In this document: in pieces, positions 1 to 10,097 of the stretch | Layout of the letters: the number at the start of each line of letters is the position of its first letter | Numbering within the stretch: the first letter of the stretch is position 1 | Source of the DNA: Methanothrix sp. | GTDB lineage: Archaea; Halobacteriota; Methanosarcinia; Methanotrichales; Methanotrichaceae | DNA length: 64,000 nucleotides | Direction: 5' to 3' | NCBI GenBank assembly: GCA_035380685.1 | Contig: DAOSXX010000006.1 | Coordinates: 9,961-73,960 of the forward strand | Notes under the pieces: model-generated | The model's database searches: none | The model's input: only the letters and a program-made list of their open reading frames with translations | What the model was told of the DNA's origin: nothing | Translations under genes and position numbers: made by a program

Positions 1-1
1 C

Positions 2-451
2 ATAAAGTTCCTGGCCGAGGCCGCCGTCGAGCTGAAGGACGAGGAGATCGAGATCCTCTCCACCGACTCTCCCATGGACGGAGCCTACCTTTTAGAGATG
101 CTGAAGGACGATCCCGAGAAGCGGGAGAGGGTCCGAAAGCTCCTCAAAAACGCCGGGGGCTGCACCGCCGGGATAAAGGTCGCAAACATAAACCACCGTG
201 GAGACGTCCTCCCCTGCCACTTCATGCCCGAGGTCGTCGTCGGGAACGTCCGGGAGAGGAGCTTCGAGGATATCTGGATCGATAACCCGGTTCCCGAACT
301 TTTGGCCCTGAGGGATATCAGGTCCCATCTGAAGGGGGCCTGCGGCGAGTGCGAGTACCTGGAGGTCTGCGGCGGGTGTCGGCAGAAGGCGAGGTACTAC
401 TGCGGGGACGTCTGCGGAGAGGATCCGACCTGTGTGGTGAAGGATCTATAG
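2..451 (+). CDS. Radical SAM/SPASM-domain protein, C-terminal part (5' end lies outside the window)
   Basis: The frame is open from base 2 (IKFLAEAAVELKDEEIEILSTDSPMDG...). It has a Cys-rich SPASM-type tail: GGCTAG..., LPCHF, CGECEYLEVCGGCRQKA. Stop at 449-451. Confidence 0.8.
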   Translation: MKFLAEAAVELKDEEIEILSTDSPMDGAYLLEMLKDDPEKRERVRKLLKNAGGCTAGIKVANINHRGDVLPCHFMPEVVVGNVRERSFEDIWIDNPVPELLALRDIRSHLKGACGECEYLEVCGGCRQKARYYCGDVCGEDPTCVVKDL

Positions 452-497
452 TTTTTAAAAGTAAGGGTACATTGTGCAGGTTTAGTAGGGATTATAT

Positions 498-2249
498 TTA
501 CATTTTAGGTGCATATTTCGTTACTATATCTATTAGATCGTAAATGAGATGGGGCATTACAGGACTACATAATAATATAAAGACTAATACGAATTCTATT
601 AGAAAAATAGCAAAAAGATCTTCGAATTTATAATTGATCTTGAGACCTATTTCTGCGTAAAGTGTAGTAATACAAAAAATGATAATCACACTAATAGCTA
701 TCAATAAAGAAATAATATAAATCTTTCTGGGTTCCTTCATTTTTTCAATAGGAAATTGCTGTAACAAAGCGCACATAATTAATATTATCAATGCTGTAGC
801 TATATACCAAATTGCGAGTCCCATTTTCAAAATCTCTGGTAATAATTGGTGAAATATTATGAGGAATATTATAGATGTGATGCCTGCGTAATTCCAATCT
901 GTAGATTTAAAAATGACTTTATTGATATCATTACTAGTGCTAACCGTATTGTCAGTATATGTCACTGTTGATTCTGAAACACCTTCAGAGTGTAGTTTAT
1001 ACTTTATTGATATTATAGATACACACATGGCCATTAGATACACTAAACACTCGTACAAATATATTACATTAAAATAAATATTATCCAATGTTATATATAA
1101 CGAAACTAGTGATATGAAACTAACTAGTAACGTAGCCGATAATATTGAGATATGATTTTTTCTGATAAATGATCTTCGAGTTCTCTCGTGGTCGGTGGGA
1201 ACCTTGTGTGGAAGGTAAATAAACACACCTGCGGCTATCATACTTACAAGGATCAGCCCAAAAACATTTTTATATCTATGCGTCTTCACAGCTGTATTTA
1301 ATATATAATCATCTAATGTAATATTCTCAATCCTTATTGAATTGGTCCACATCTCGGTATGTTTTTCTTCACCATCGTTTACTTCGACTTCAAATTTATG
1401 AATTCCCGGCGTATTCAATTTGAAAGTACCATTTAGCACTTTTATTTCATTATTCTCACTTATGTCGTATAACGTTATATTTAGCTTATCTTTGTCCGTT
1501 TCTACGTCGAATGGCTCGCATTCAAATCCGATTTCTGCACCACTCGATAATATATATATCATATTGCCTTCAAATATATTTTTTCTTAGTATGTAGGTCT
1601 CATTTGGCGTTATGCCCCAGTTCGCTCTGGGCATATTATTCTTTATAGATATATTAGAAATATTAGGCTCTAACGGTTCTTTACAAATATATTTCGTAAA
1701 TATAACATTGTTTATGTTGGAACAATAGCGCTCCCCACGTGGCGCGTTTTTTGATATATTCGCACTATAATTAATGGATACAATATCCATTTCATTTGGA
1801 CGTAAATACCCGATTTCAGCCCTTAAGTGTCCCGAAGGATCCACTTTAACACTTACTTTCCGATCGTCACATTCTTTAAGTTCAGGATCAACTCGACATT
1901 CTAAATGAAACCCGCGCCCATCATTTATTTGTTCTATTTTACCCTTATCACTTTGGTATACCATAAGATCTTTTTCAGGTCCGTCAAATATATTGGATAT
2001 GTCCGCATTAATAATAACTATATCGGCTATAGCATTATTATCTCTCATTGTATTCGATAATTTATAACATATTTTCATATTTTCTGTTCTGTTGAAATCA
2101 TTACATATCAATGAGTTCTCATCGACTGCAAATGCATCTAATTTCAGCGTCACAGCATGGTGATTATTTTTATTTTGGGCACAACATGTAACTGTTAGAA
2201 GTAATACGATATTTAAGATAACAAGGAACTTTTTGCAGTTTATATACAT
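498..2249 (-). CDS. Hypothetical envelope/membrane protein: signal peptide, extracellular domain of about 330 aa, then a polytopic C-terminal membrane domain
   Basis: 583-aa ORF in a region of about 28-30% GC. N-terminal signal MYINCKKFLVILNIVLLLTVTCCA. Many N-x-S/T sequons. Multiple long hydrophobic segments after residue about 330. No family recognised. Confidence 0.7.
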   Translation of the reverse strand: MYINCKKFLVILNIVLLLTVTCCAQNKNNHHAVTLKLDAFAVDENSLICNDFNRTENMKICYKLSNTMRDNNAIADIVIINADISNIFDGPEKDLMVYQSDKGKIEQINDGRGFHLECRVDPELKECDDRKVSVKVDPSGHLRAEIGYLRPNEMDIVSINYSANISKNAPRGERYCSNINNVIFTKYICKEPLEPNISNISIKNNMPRANWGITPNETYILRKNIFEGNMIYILSSGAEIGFECEPFDVETDKDKLNITLYDISENNEIKVLNGTFKLNTPGIHKFEVEVNDGEEKHTEMWTNSIRIENITLDDYILNTAVKTHRYKNVFGLILVSMIAAGVFIYLPHKVPTDHERTRRSFIRKNHISILSATLLVSFISLVSLYITLDNIYFNVIYLYECLVYLMAMCVSIISIKYKLHSEGVSESTVTYTDNTVSTSNDINKVIFKSTDWNYAGITSIIFLIIFHQLLPEILKMGLAIWYIATALIILIMCALLQQFPIEKMKEPRKIYIISLLIAISVIIIFCITTLYAEIGLKINYKFEDLFAIFLIEFVLVFILLCSPVMPHLIYDLIDIVTKYAPKM

Positions 2250-2278
2250 TCTTTGACCACCATATTTAAGAGATTAGT

Positions 2279-4324
2279 CTAACAATGTTCGGAGCAAGGT
2301 TCATATACTTGCTCACCAAATGTATTTCCAGTGTCACACGCATTGCGATTCGTAATATTGCATTTGCTATTTACACAGTATATCCCATAGCTAACTCTAC
2401 ACATTTCATTAAATTCTACCAATATATTACTAGATGTATCTAATTTCACTCCTACAGTATATTCCTTTTTATCGTTTTGTATATGCTTATTAATAATATT
2501 ATTGATAATATTACAGCGATTACATTCGATGAGATGTATATGTTTAGGTTCACCCGTAGGAAAATAATCATCGAGAGAGTTGTTATGTATAGTAACGTCA
2601 TGACATTTTTCGAGATATATACCTCCTGCAGCGTATCCTTTGATGGCATTATTGCTGATATTTATACCGCTTAACATACTAAAATCATTTGTTATATATA
2701 TTCCATAACTATTAGAAGTAGCATTTAGTTCAAATCCTTCGAACTCGACATCATCCGAGCATATCTCTACCGTTCCAATAACTGCTGGCCTATTATTAAA
2801 TAATAATGTCGAGTTTCCTCGCAGGTTAATTGATTTATTTATTATAATATTTTCTTTATATTGATTCGGCTCGACAATTATTGTCGTGTTTTCGACAACA
2901 TCGTTAATCGCTTCCTGTATGCCATTGTAGTATCTTATCACAGATTCATCTCGATTATTTTTTGTCTTATTCTTGTCCACGTATACTGTCGTTGGTTGGA
3001 TCGATATTGACCACTTATCTGAGGCGTTCGACTGATAAGATTCATCCTCGCATACTACATACCATTTATAATAGCCGCTATCATTAATGCTGTGAGTAAT
3101 TATACACTCCTCACCGCTGTTTATTCTCGTGGAACTATTGACTTCAGAGCAGTTTATATATAGGGAACATTTCTTCAGCTCGCCATCATCCACCGGCTTG
3201 AACTTGAAATCAATTTGTGTTCCGACAAAAAATTTGCCAGAACTATTAGGCCACATTAGATCTACTGATGGCCGTTCATCCTGAAGTGATATAGTTCTGA
3301 CGGGGGATAGTATCGAATCCACTGTGACGTTAATGGATCGTGTGACTGGTACGGCAGATGTTGTAGTATTCGCCGACGTATTTAGCATGACACTTGTAAC
3401 ACCTTTGGCTTCCACAATGACCTCACTGGCAGATATAGCAACGTCTGAATTGTCCATTGTAACCTCATCGGAGGAGATAGCAACTTCATGCGGATTTATC
3501 AGGACATCTCCTGAAGCATTCATCGTGACGTTACCCATTACGACTTTTGTAGGCGCCATCACGACCTCAGAAGCGTTCATCGAAACCTTATCGGGGGATA
3601 TATTTACCTCGTTCGGATTTATCAGAATATCTCCAGATGGATTAATCGTGACGTTGGTGGTTTCCATAGTAACCTCATTCGCCACAATCGTAAAATTCGA
3701 TAGCTCTACTATAACACCAGAAGATATTACTCTGGCGTCAGAAGACATATTTGCACCTGAGATATTACCCCTTTTTATTTCGGAAGGGATAGTGGGCGTC
3801 TCAGACGAGATGCAAACATCATCGATCCAACCGGCTCCCGCGTTTTTTGGATAGCACTTGATCTTTCTGAACTCCCAGATTAGCTGATGGGTATTGTTAT
3901 CGCGGACGGTGTACGATATCGGCGACCATTCGGAGGAATCGCAGACGCGCCTGGTATCGTCTGCTGCGAAAGTCAGCTCTGCTATACCTTGCCGAAGGGG
4001 CTCACACTGCCACCAGAAGGTGACCTCAGCGGGGCCTTTAACCTCGCGACAAATTCTGCTAATACCAGTGCAATCGATCGGGCCCGATCTCAGCGAGAAT
4101 TTGCTGTCGTGACCGATGGAAGAATCGATATACCAGCTGCTTCCTCCACAGTCCCTCCACTCGGTGAGGTCGGCATCTTCAAAATCATGAAGCATACCAT
4201 CACAACCAGTGGCAAGAGCGGTAGAGTTTAGAAAAAATAATATAATTATGATTTTTATATGGCCTCTGCTAATAGCTCGCAAAACAAGCGAAGTCATAGT
4301 CTTACAACAGCAGACCGCCATCAC
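2279..4324 (-). CDS. Secreted multidomain protein with a C-terminal NosD-like right-handed parallel beta-helix (PbH1 repeats)
   Basis: 681-aa ORF with a signal-like N-terminus (IIIILFFLNSTALATGC). Jelly-roll-like N-domain ending GWIDDV. V/E/S/N-rich pseudo-repeat region (EVTM..NASGDVLINP.EV). C-terminal module YNGIQEAINDVVENTTIIVEPNQYKENIIINKSINLRGN followed by NN.I..N coils, the same entry module as the paralogs at 30.6-46 kb. Confidence 0.75.
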   Translation of the reverse strand: MMAVCCCKTMTSLVLRAISRGHIKIIIILFFLNSTALATGCDGMLHDFEDADLTEWRDCGGSSWYIDSSIGHDSKFSLRSGPIDCTGISRICREVKGPAEVTFWWQCEPLRQGIAELTFAADDTRRVCDSSEWSPISYTVRDNNTHQLIWEFRKIKCYPKNAGAGWIDDVCISSETPTIPSEIKRGNISGANMSSDARVISSGVIVELSNFTIVANEVTMETTNVTINPSGDILINPNEVNISPDKVSMNASEVVMAPTKVVMGNVTMNASGDVLINPHEVAISSDEVTMDNSDVAISASEVIVEAKGVTSVMLNTSANTTTSAVPVTRSINVTVDSILSPVRTISLQDERPSVDLMWPNSSGKFFVGTQIDFKFKPVDDGELKKCSLYINCSEVNSSTRINSGEECIITHSINDSGYYKWYVVCEDESYQSNASDKWSISIQPTTVYVDKNKTKNNRDESVIRYYNGIQEAINDVVENTTIIVEPNQYKENIIINKSINLRGNSTLLFNNRPAVIGTVEICSDDVEFEGFELNATSNSYGIYITNDFSMLSGINISNNAIKGYAAGGIYLEKCHDVTIHNNSLDDYFPTGEPKHIHLIECNRCNIINNIINKHIQNDKKEYTVGVKLDTSSNILVEFNEMCRVSYGIYCVNSKCNITNRNACDTGNTFGEQVYEPCSEHC

Positions 4325-4636
4325 TTATCTCCCATCCTCAGATCGCGACAGTCTACCGTCTCCCTCCAGACGATATGAATTTACGACCTCCAAAATAACT
4401 CAATGTACAAGCCGCATAAAATCTTTTCGGAATACTTACTGGACAACCCACAACGGATCAATTACGCGGTTCTGAGACGAACACACTTTGGCGCGCAAAG
4501 GTTGGAAAAAGATCCCCATAACTGGGATTTTTGGTGGATCGAAGGCGGCTTTAGATTCCAAATCGAGAAGAATGGGTCACGGTATCGGAAAGTTTAATAA
4601 ACGTGTACAGCCGAATTAATGTCAGGAGTGATGTAA

Positions 4637-4753
4637 ATGGCTGATGAGAAAAAGAAGAAGGAGAAGGAAGAGGAAGAGGTTGCAAAGGTCGACCCCATAA
4701 AGCCAGGCGAGAAGCGCGGTGGCCGGAAGAGGCTGCTGGACGGCTGCGTATAA
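4637..4753 (+). CDS. Possible small Lys/Glu-rich protein (38 aa)
   Basis: Hand-translated: MADEKKKKEKEEEEVAKVDPIKPGEKRGGRKRLLDGCV*. AGGAG lies 8 nt upstream of the ATG, and GC-rich hairpins lie downstream. It falls below the ORF-track length cutoff and no homology is recognised. Confidence 0.3.
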   Translation: MADEKKKKEKEEEEVAKVDPIKPGEKRGGRKRLLDGCV

Positions 4754-4932
4754 TCAGAACGAAAAGGCGGATCGCTCAGGCGATCGTCGTAGTTAGCTTT
4801 TCTCGGCGACTCTGTCGCCTCACCCGGTCGCCGCCCCCGCCATGGGGGCGGCTCCATCGGGCCGATTTGATTTCTTCCATAACCTATTTTCGACCTCAAA
4901 GTTTAATGTGGTAGAGACGAAGTAGTTGACCG

Positions 4933-7035
4933 ATGGCCATTCAGCTTCTAAACGACATAATCGTCATATTCCTCATATCGATAGTCGCCATCTTCGCGGG
5001 CCACAGGCTCCGGGTCCCGGAGGTGGTGGGGTTTTTGGCGACGGGGGTGGTGGCAGGCCCCTACGGCCTGCGGCTCGTCCAGGAGGTGGAGCAGATCGAG
5101 GTCCTAGCCGAGGTGGGGGTGGTCCTCCTTCTCTTCGCCATAGGGATCGAGTTCTCCTTCGATAAGCTCTTGCGGATCAAAAGGCCCACCCTGGTGGGAG
5201 GTCCCCTCCAGGTCGCCATCACCTTCCTCGCCACGGCCTTCGTCGGGGTCGAGGTCGGCCTCCCCCTCAACGAGGCGATCCTCGCTGGCTTCCTCGTATC
5301 CCTCAGCAGCACGGCGGTGGTCCTCAAGATCCTCCAGGACCGGGACGAGGTGGACTCACCTCACGGCGGCACCACCCTGGGGGTTCTGATCTTCCAGGAC
5401 ATAGCCGTCGTCCCCATGATGCTCTTCGTCCCCCTTCTGGCGGCGGAAGAGTCCACAAGCCTCTCGATGCCGCTACTTCTGATGCTGGCGAAGGGGGTCG
5501 GGATAATCTGTCTCGTCATCTTGGCCGCGAAGCTGGTAGTTCCGGCCCTCCTCTACCAGGTCGTCCGCCTCAGGTCCAGCGAGCTCTTCCTCCTGACGGT
5601 GATCCTCATCTGCCTATCCGTCGCCTGGATCTCCTACTCCGCTGGCCTATCCCTCGCCCTGGGGGCGTTTCTTGCGGGGCTGATCATCTCCGAGTCGGAG
5701 TACAGCTACCAGGCCCTGGGGAACATCATCCCCTTTCGAGACGTCTTCACCAGCTTCTTCTTCGTCTCCATCGGGATGCTCCTGGACGTCGGATTCTTTA
5801 TCGAGAGGGCGGAGCTGGTGGCGGCGGCGGCACTGGGGGTTCTGATCCTGAAGGCCGCCGTCGCCGGAGGCGTCTCCCTCCTCCTCGGCTACCCGGTCAG
5901 GACGGGGGTCCTGGTGGGGCTCGCCCTCGCCCAGATCGGCGAGTTCTCATTCATCCTCTCGAAGACGGGCCTCGACTTTGGCATCCTCGGCAAAAGCGAG
6001 TACCAGCTTTTTCTGGCGGTCTCTGTCTTGACGATGGCGGCGACCCCCTTCGTCATCGCCGCTTCGCCAAAGGCCGCAGACCTCCTGTATCAGCTGCCCA
6101 TCCCCGAGAAGTTGAAGGCGGGTCTCCCCTTCGCCGCGATCCCGGAGAAGATGGAGAACCATCTCGTCATCATCGGATACGGCTTCGTCGGACGAACTCT
6201 GGCCCGAGCCGCCCGGGTCGGGGAGCTCCCCTACCTGATCCTGGATATGAACCCCGAGAAGGTGAGAGAGGAGGGGGCGAAGGGAGAGCCGATCCACTAC
6301 GGGGACGCCACCCAGGAGCTCGTCCTGCGCCATGCAGACCTCGAGTTTGCGAGGGTGGTGGTGGTGGCCGTCTCCGACGAGATGGCTACCCGGAGGATCG
6401 TCGAGATGGCGAGAAAGATCAACCCCAAGGTCTACATCATGGCCCGGGTCCGGTACCTTCACGAGGCTGCGCCCCTCTACGACCGCGGGGCCGACGAGGT
6501 GATCCCCGAGGAGTTTGAGACCTCGGTGGAGATATTCTCGCGGGTCCTCGGCAAGTACCTCGTCCCCAGGACCGAGATCGATAAGATGATCGTCGAGGTC
6601 AGGTCTCACGGCTACGATATGTTCAGGAACGTCGAGATCGAGCCCGCCAGCATATCGGATCTTAGGCGGTACCTTCCGAACGTCGAGGTCGTCACCGTCA
6701 AGGTCGAAAAGAAGGCTCCCGCCGCCGGAAAGACCCTCGCCGACATGGAGCTGAGAAAGAAGCTGGGGGTGAACGTCCTCGGCATCATCAGGGAGTCGGG
6801 GAACATCCAAAACCCCCACAGCGACACCGAGATCGAGGCCGCGGACGTCCTTCTCGTCCTCGGGACCTCCGAGCAGATCGCACGGTCCAGGCACCTCTTC
6901 AGGGATCCCGTAAGATACCCCCGGCTTGGGGCGGGGGCCCTGAAGGACCGAGAGGGCGCCGTCGGAGGCGAGGGTAAAGGGGAAAAGAAGGCTGCTTCGG
7001 ATAACGAGGTGAAATCCGGCCCTATAGAGGACTGA
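4933..7035 (+). CDS. Monovalent cation:proton antiporter-2 (CPA2, Kef-type) with C-terminal RCK (TrkA-N / TrkA-C) domains
   Basis: 700 aa. N-terminal polytopic Na+/H+-exchanger-type membrane domain (MAIQLLNDIIVIFLISIVAIFAGHRLRVPEVVGFL..). Rossmann motif HLVIIGYGFVGR, followed by a TrkA-C-like end. Confidence 0.9.
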   Translation: MAIQLLNDIIVIFLISIVAIFAGHRLRVPEVVGFLATGVVAGPYGLRLVQEVEQIEVLAEVGVVLLLFAIGIEFSFDKLLRIKRPTLVGGPLQVAITFLATAFVGVEVGLPLNEAILAGFLVSLSSTAVVLKILQDRDEVDSPHGGTTLGVLIFQDIAVVPMMLFVPLLAAEESTSLSMPLLLMLAKGVGIICLVILAAKLVVPALLYQVVRLRSSELFLLTVILICLSVAWISYSAGLSLALGAFLAGLIISESEYSYQALGNIIPFRDVFTSFFFVSIGMLLDVGFFIERAELVAAAALGVLILKAAVAGGVSLLLGYPVRTGVLVGLALAQIGEFSFILSKTGLDFGILGKSEYQLFLAVSVLTMAATPFVIAASPKAADLLYQLPIPEKLKAGLPFAAIPEKMENHLVIIGYGFVGRTLARAARVGELPYLILDMNPEKVREEGAKGEPIHYGDATQELVLRHADLEFARVVVVAVSDEMATRRIVEMARKINPKVYIMARVRYLHEAAPLYDRGADEVIPEEFETSVEIFSRVLGKYLVPRTEIDKMIVEVRSHGYDMFRNVEIEPASISDLRRYLPNVEVVTVKVEKKAPAAGKTLADMELRKKLGVNVLGIIRESGNIQNPHSDTEIEAADVLLVLGTSEQIARSRHLFRDPVRYPRLGAGALKDREGAVGGEGKGEKKAASDNEVKSGPIED

Positions 7036-7378
7036 AGTCCCAGACCTCAAACTCGAATCATATCCGTCCCGCTCATCGTCTCCGCCGCTGTCTAGATTTT
7101 AATTTTTGTCCCTTCTCCCATCGGTGATGAAACATCCCGACGATGCTCATCCCGATTCTTCGCCCAAAAGTTACATATAATCCGGAGGACAGACTACGTT
7201 CTATCAGGGAGAGGTTTTCCCTGAATTGAAATGATCTACATGGGGCAGCTTTGATCCGGAGGGCTGAAAGCCCTCCCGCCTCCCTCCAAGCCGCCCTTCC
7301 TGTTCTGAAGTAATTTTGAAGATCTGTGGAGAAAGATATAAAATATAAGAGGACCAAGTAAATGCAGGAGGCCTAAAA

Positions 7379-7696
7379 ATGAAAGAAGAGGTATTCTTCG
7401 GCGAGGGGATGGTCCACGTCAAAAAAGATTACCCCGACCTTTACGAGGCCATAACCGGCCTGAACGAGGCGGCGTATACCGGGAAGGTCATCGACTACAG
7501 AACCCAGAAGCTGATCGCCCTGGGGATCGCCGCCGCGTCCTCTGACGAGAGGGCGACTAAGAAGCAGATGATGAGCGCCATGAAGGAGTTCGGCGTCACA
7601 AGAGACGAGATCGTCGACGTCCTGAGGGTGGTCCTCCTCACCTCGGGGATGCCCCCCTTCACCAAGGCGATGAAGATTCTGTACGAGCTGAAGTAG
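7379..7696 (+). CDS. Carboxymuconolactone decarboxylase (AhpD-like) family protein
   Basis: 105 aa. Typical CMD-family length and sequence (..LDYRTQKLIALGIAAASSDE..). AGGAGG lies upstream of the ATG. Confidence 0.75.
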   Translation: MKEEVFFGEGMVHVKKDYPDLYEAITGLNEAAYTGKVIDYRTQKLIALGIAAASSDERATKKQMMSAMKEFGVTRDEIVDVLRVVLLTSGMPPFTKAMKILYELK

Positions 7697-7744
7697 GGGA
7701 GAATTCGAGGGTGGGGGTTGGCAATCTTCCCTTCACCCTTTCGT

Positions 7745-9721
7745 CTATTTTTCCGCCACCTTCATCTCTTTCTCCAGCTTCTTGATCGTGTCCCTCAGCT
7801 GAATCGCCCGCTCGAAGTCGAGGACCTCGGCAGCAGACCTCATCTCGGCCTCCAGCTCGATGACGAGGTTCGGAATATCGGACTTCGGGATGTGCCGGGT
7901 GTCAGTGATCTCCACGACCTTCTCCCGGATCGGCTTTTTTATCGTCTGAGGTACGATGTTGTGCTCGGAGTTGTACCTCATCTGGAGGGCGCGCCGCTCC
8001 TCGGTCTTTCTGACCGCCCCCCGGACCGAGTCGGTGAATCTGTCGGCGTATAGGACGACCCGGGAGTTTGCGTTCCGCGAGGCTCTCCCGATCGTCTGGA
8101 TCAGGCTCCTCTCGTCCCGGAGGAAGCCCTCCTTGTCCGCGTCCAGAATCCCGATGAAACCCACCTCGGGGATGTCGAGCCCCTCCCGGAGGAGGTTTAT
8201 CCCCACCAGGACGTCGAACTTTCCGAGGCGGAGCTCCCGGATAATCTCGGTCCTCTCGATCGTCTGGATCTCGGAGTGGAGGTAGCGGGCCCGAATCCCG
8301 TTTTGGGCGAGATAGTCTGTCAGCTCCTCGGCGAGCTTCTTCGTCAGGGTCGTCACAAGAGCACGATCCCCCACCTCGACGACCCGACCGATCTCCTCCA
8401 TCACGTCCCTGACCTGCCCCTCCACGGGCCTGACCTCGACGATGGGGTCGAGGAGGCCCGTCGGCCGGATGATCTGAAGGGCGACCTGGCTGGATTGTTC
8501 CAGCTCGAAGGGGCCGGGGGTCGCCGAGACGAAGATCGTCCGTCTCATGAACCGCTCGAACTCCTCGAACCGGAGCGGCCGGTTGTCGTAGGCGCTCGGA
8601 AGCCTGAAGCCGTAGTCGACGAGGCTCTTTTTCCGGGAGCGATCGCCCTTGTACATCGCCCGGAGCTGGGGGATCGTCTGGTGGCTCTCGTCTATCACCA
8701 AAAGGAAGTCCTCGGGGAAGTAGTCGAGGAGGCAGTAGGGGGGCTCGCCGGGCCGCCTTCCATCGAAGTGGCGGGAGTAGTTCTCGATCCCCTTGCAGCT
8801 TCCGGTCTCGTTTATCATCTCGATGTCGTAAAGCGTCCTCTGTCGGAGGCGGTGGGCTTCGAGCATGTCGAGCTCCGGCAGCCTCTCCTCCAGCTCCGCC
8901 AGGATCGACTCGATGGCGCCCTTCTGCTCCTCCTCGGGGATGACGTAGTGTCTGGCGGGGTAGACGTAGAAGTACTTCATCTCCTCCCGCCTTTCGCCTG
9001 TCTGCCGGTCGATCTCGGATATCCTGTCCACCTCGTCCCCGAACAATTCGATTCGCACGATATCGTTGAAGTAGCCGGGGACGAGGTCGATCGTCTCCCC
9101 CTTCACTCGGAACCGGCCCGGAGCAAGCTCAAGATCGTTTCTCTCGTACTGGCTCGCTACGAGCCTCTCCAGGATCTCCCGTCGGGAGATCCGGTCTCCG
9201 ACCTTCAGCTCAAAGCCCATCTTGAGGAAGTTCTCCGGATTTCCCAAACCGTAGATGCAGGATACCGAGGCGACGACGATCACGTCCCGCCGGGACAAAA
9301 GAGACGCCGTCGCCGCAAGCCGCATCTGCTCAATCTTGGGGTTGATGGTGGCGTCCTTCTCGATGTACTGGTCTTTTGCCGGGATGTAGGACTCGGGCTG
9401 GTAGTAGTCGTAGTAGGAGACGAAGTACTCGACCCTGTTCTCGGGGAAGAACTCCCGGAACTCGTTGTAGAGCTGGGCTGCCAGAGTCTTGTTGTGGGCG
9501 ATGACCAGAGTCGGCTTTTTGACGGCGTCGATGACCTTGGCAACGGTGTAGGTCTTGCCGGAGCCGGTGACGCCGAGGAGGGTCTGAAACCTCTGCCCTG
9601 CCTCAAGGCCGCTGACGAGTTTGCGAATAGCCTCGGGCTGGGAGCCCTTCGGCTCGAAGTCGGAGGCGATATTAAACTGGGGCTCTTGATCAGAATCTGG
9701 ATTTTGGCTTGATTTGGTCAT
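7745..9721 (-). CDS. uvrB: Excinuclease ABC subunit B
   Basis: 658 aa. Walker A GVTGSGKT. Helicase motifs (DESH, ...[10 protein letters not shown]...). C-terminal UVR domain ([21 protein letters not shown]). Confidence 0.97.
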   Translation of the reverse strand: MTKSSQNPDSDQEPQFNIASDFEPKGSQPEAIRKLVSGLEAGQRFQTLLGVTGSGKTYTVAKVIDAVKKPTLVIAHNKTLAAQLYNEFREFFPENRVEYFVSYYDYYQPESYIPAKDQYIEKDATINPKIEQMRLAATASLLSRRDVIVVASVSCIYGLGNPENFLKMGFELKVGDRISRREILERLVASQYERNDLELAPGRFRVKGETIDLVPGYFNDIVRIELFGDEVDRISEIDRQTGERREEMKYFYVYPARHYVIPEEEQKGAIESILAELEERLPELDMLEAHRLRQRTLYDIEMINETGSCKGIENYSRHFDGRRPGEPPYCLLDYFPEDFLLVIDESHQTIPQLRAMYKGDRSRKKSLVDYGFRLPSAYDNRPLRFEEFERFMRRTIFVSATPGPFELEQSSQVALQIIRPTGLLDPIVEVRPVEGQVRDVMEEIGRVVEVGDRALVTTLTKKLAEELTDYLAQNGIRARYLHSEIQTIERTEIIRELRLGKFDVLVGINLLREGLDIPEVGFIGILDADKEGFLRDERSLIQTIGRASRNANSRVVLYADRFTDSVRGAVRKTEERRALQMRYNSEHNIVPQTIKKPIREKVVEITDTRHIPKSDIPNLVIELEAEMRSAAEVLDFERAIQLRDTIKKLEKEMKVAEK

Positions 9722-10097
9722 GAAGCTGCCGGAAAAGAGGATTCTCCGAGGGGAAGTACTTTTTGCCCTGGGTGGGTTCGTCCAATAAGACGTTCAGTGC
9801 TGATGTGAAATATGAATACAATTTTTTTGGTGTATGTGTTTAGCTCCTACCTAAATCCATGCGGATTGACCTAGAACCTATTCGGCCAGAAGAATGTTAC
9901 TCCGGGATACTGCTACATCGCGATTTTTCTCTAACCGATGACCGATGAAACCTAATTAGGGCAGACTACCGAAAATTTTAAGAGTGATTGGCTCCTAATT
10001 AAAAATGCATATGTCTCTAGACTGTGAAGAGGCGTGTGTATCGTTTAGAGTTGTAACTTGGTAAGTTAAGTTAGAAATAGCATGGGAATTGATTCAA

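Noticed and set aside
4594-4899. 101-aa minus-strand ORF in the gap upstream of the antiporter
   Set aside because: The peptide is P/S/R-rich and low-complexity, it is antisense to the better-supported micro-ORF and hairpins, and it has no SD.
5947-7050. 367-aa minus-strand ORF antisense to the Kef-type antiporter
   Set aside because: The same GC-driven shadow effect. It has no start context or motifs, and the plus-strand gene has clear transporter and RCK signatures.
7073-7422. 94-aa and 72-aa minus-strand ORFs between the antiporter and the CMD-family gene, and the hairpin GGAGGGC-tgaaa-GCCCTCC at 7258-7276
   Set aside because: The ORFs lack start context and motifs. The hairpin is real but isolated and 220 nt from the nearest stop, so I could not assign a function.
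8276-9712. 478-aa ORF on the plus strand, antisense to uvrB
   Set aside because: This is a shadow ORF of a high-GC gene. The peptide is low-complexity (G/L/V/D/R-rich) with no recognisable motifs, and uvrB on the opposite strand is unambiguous.
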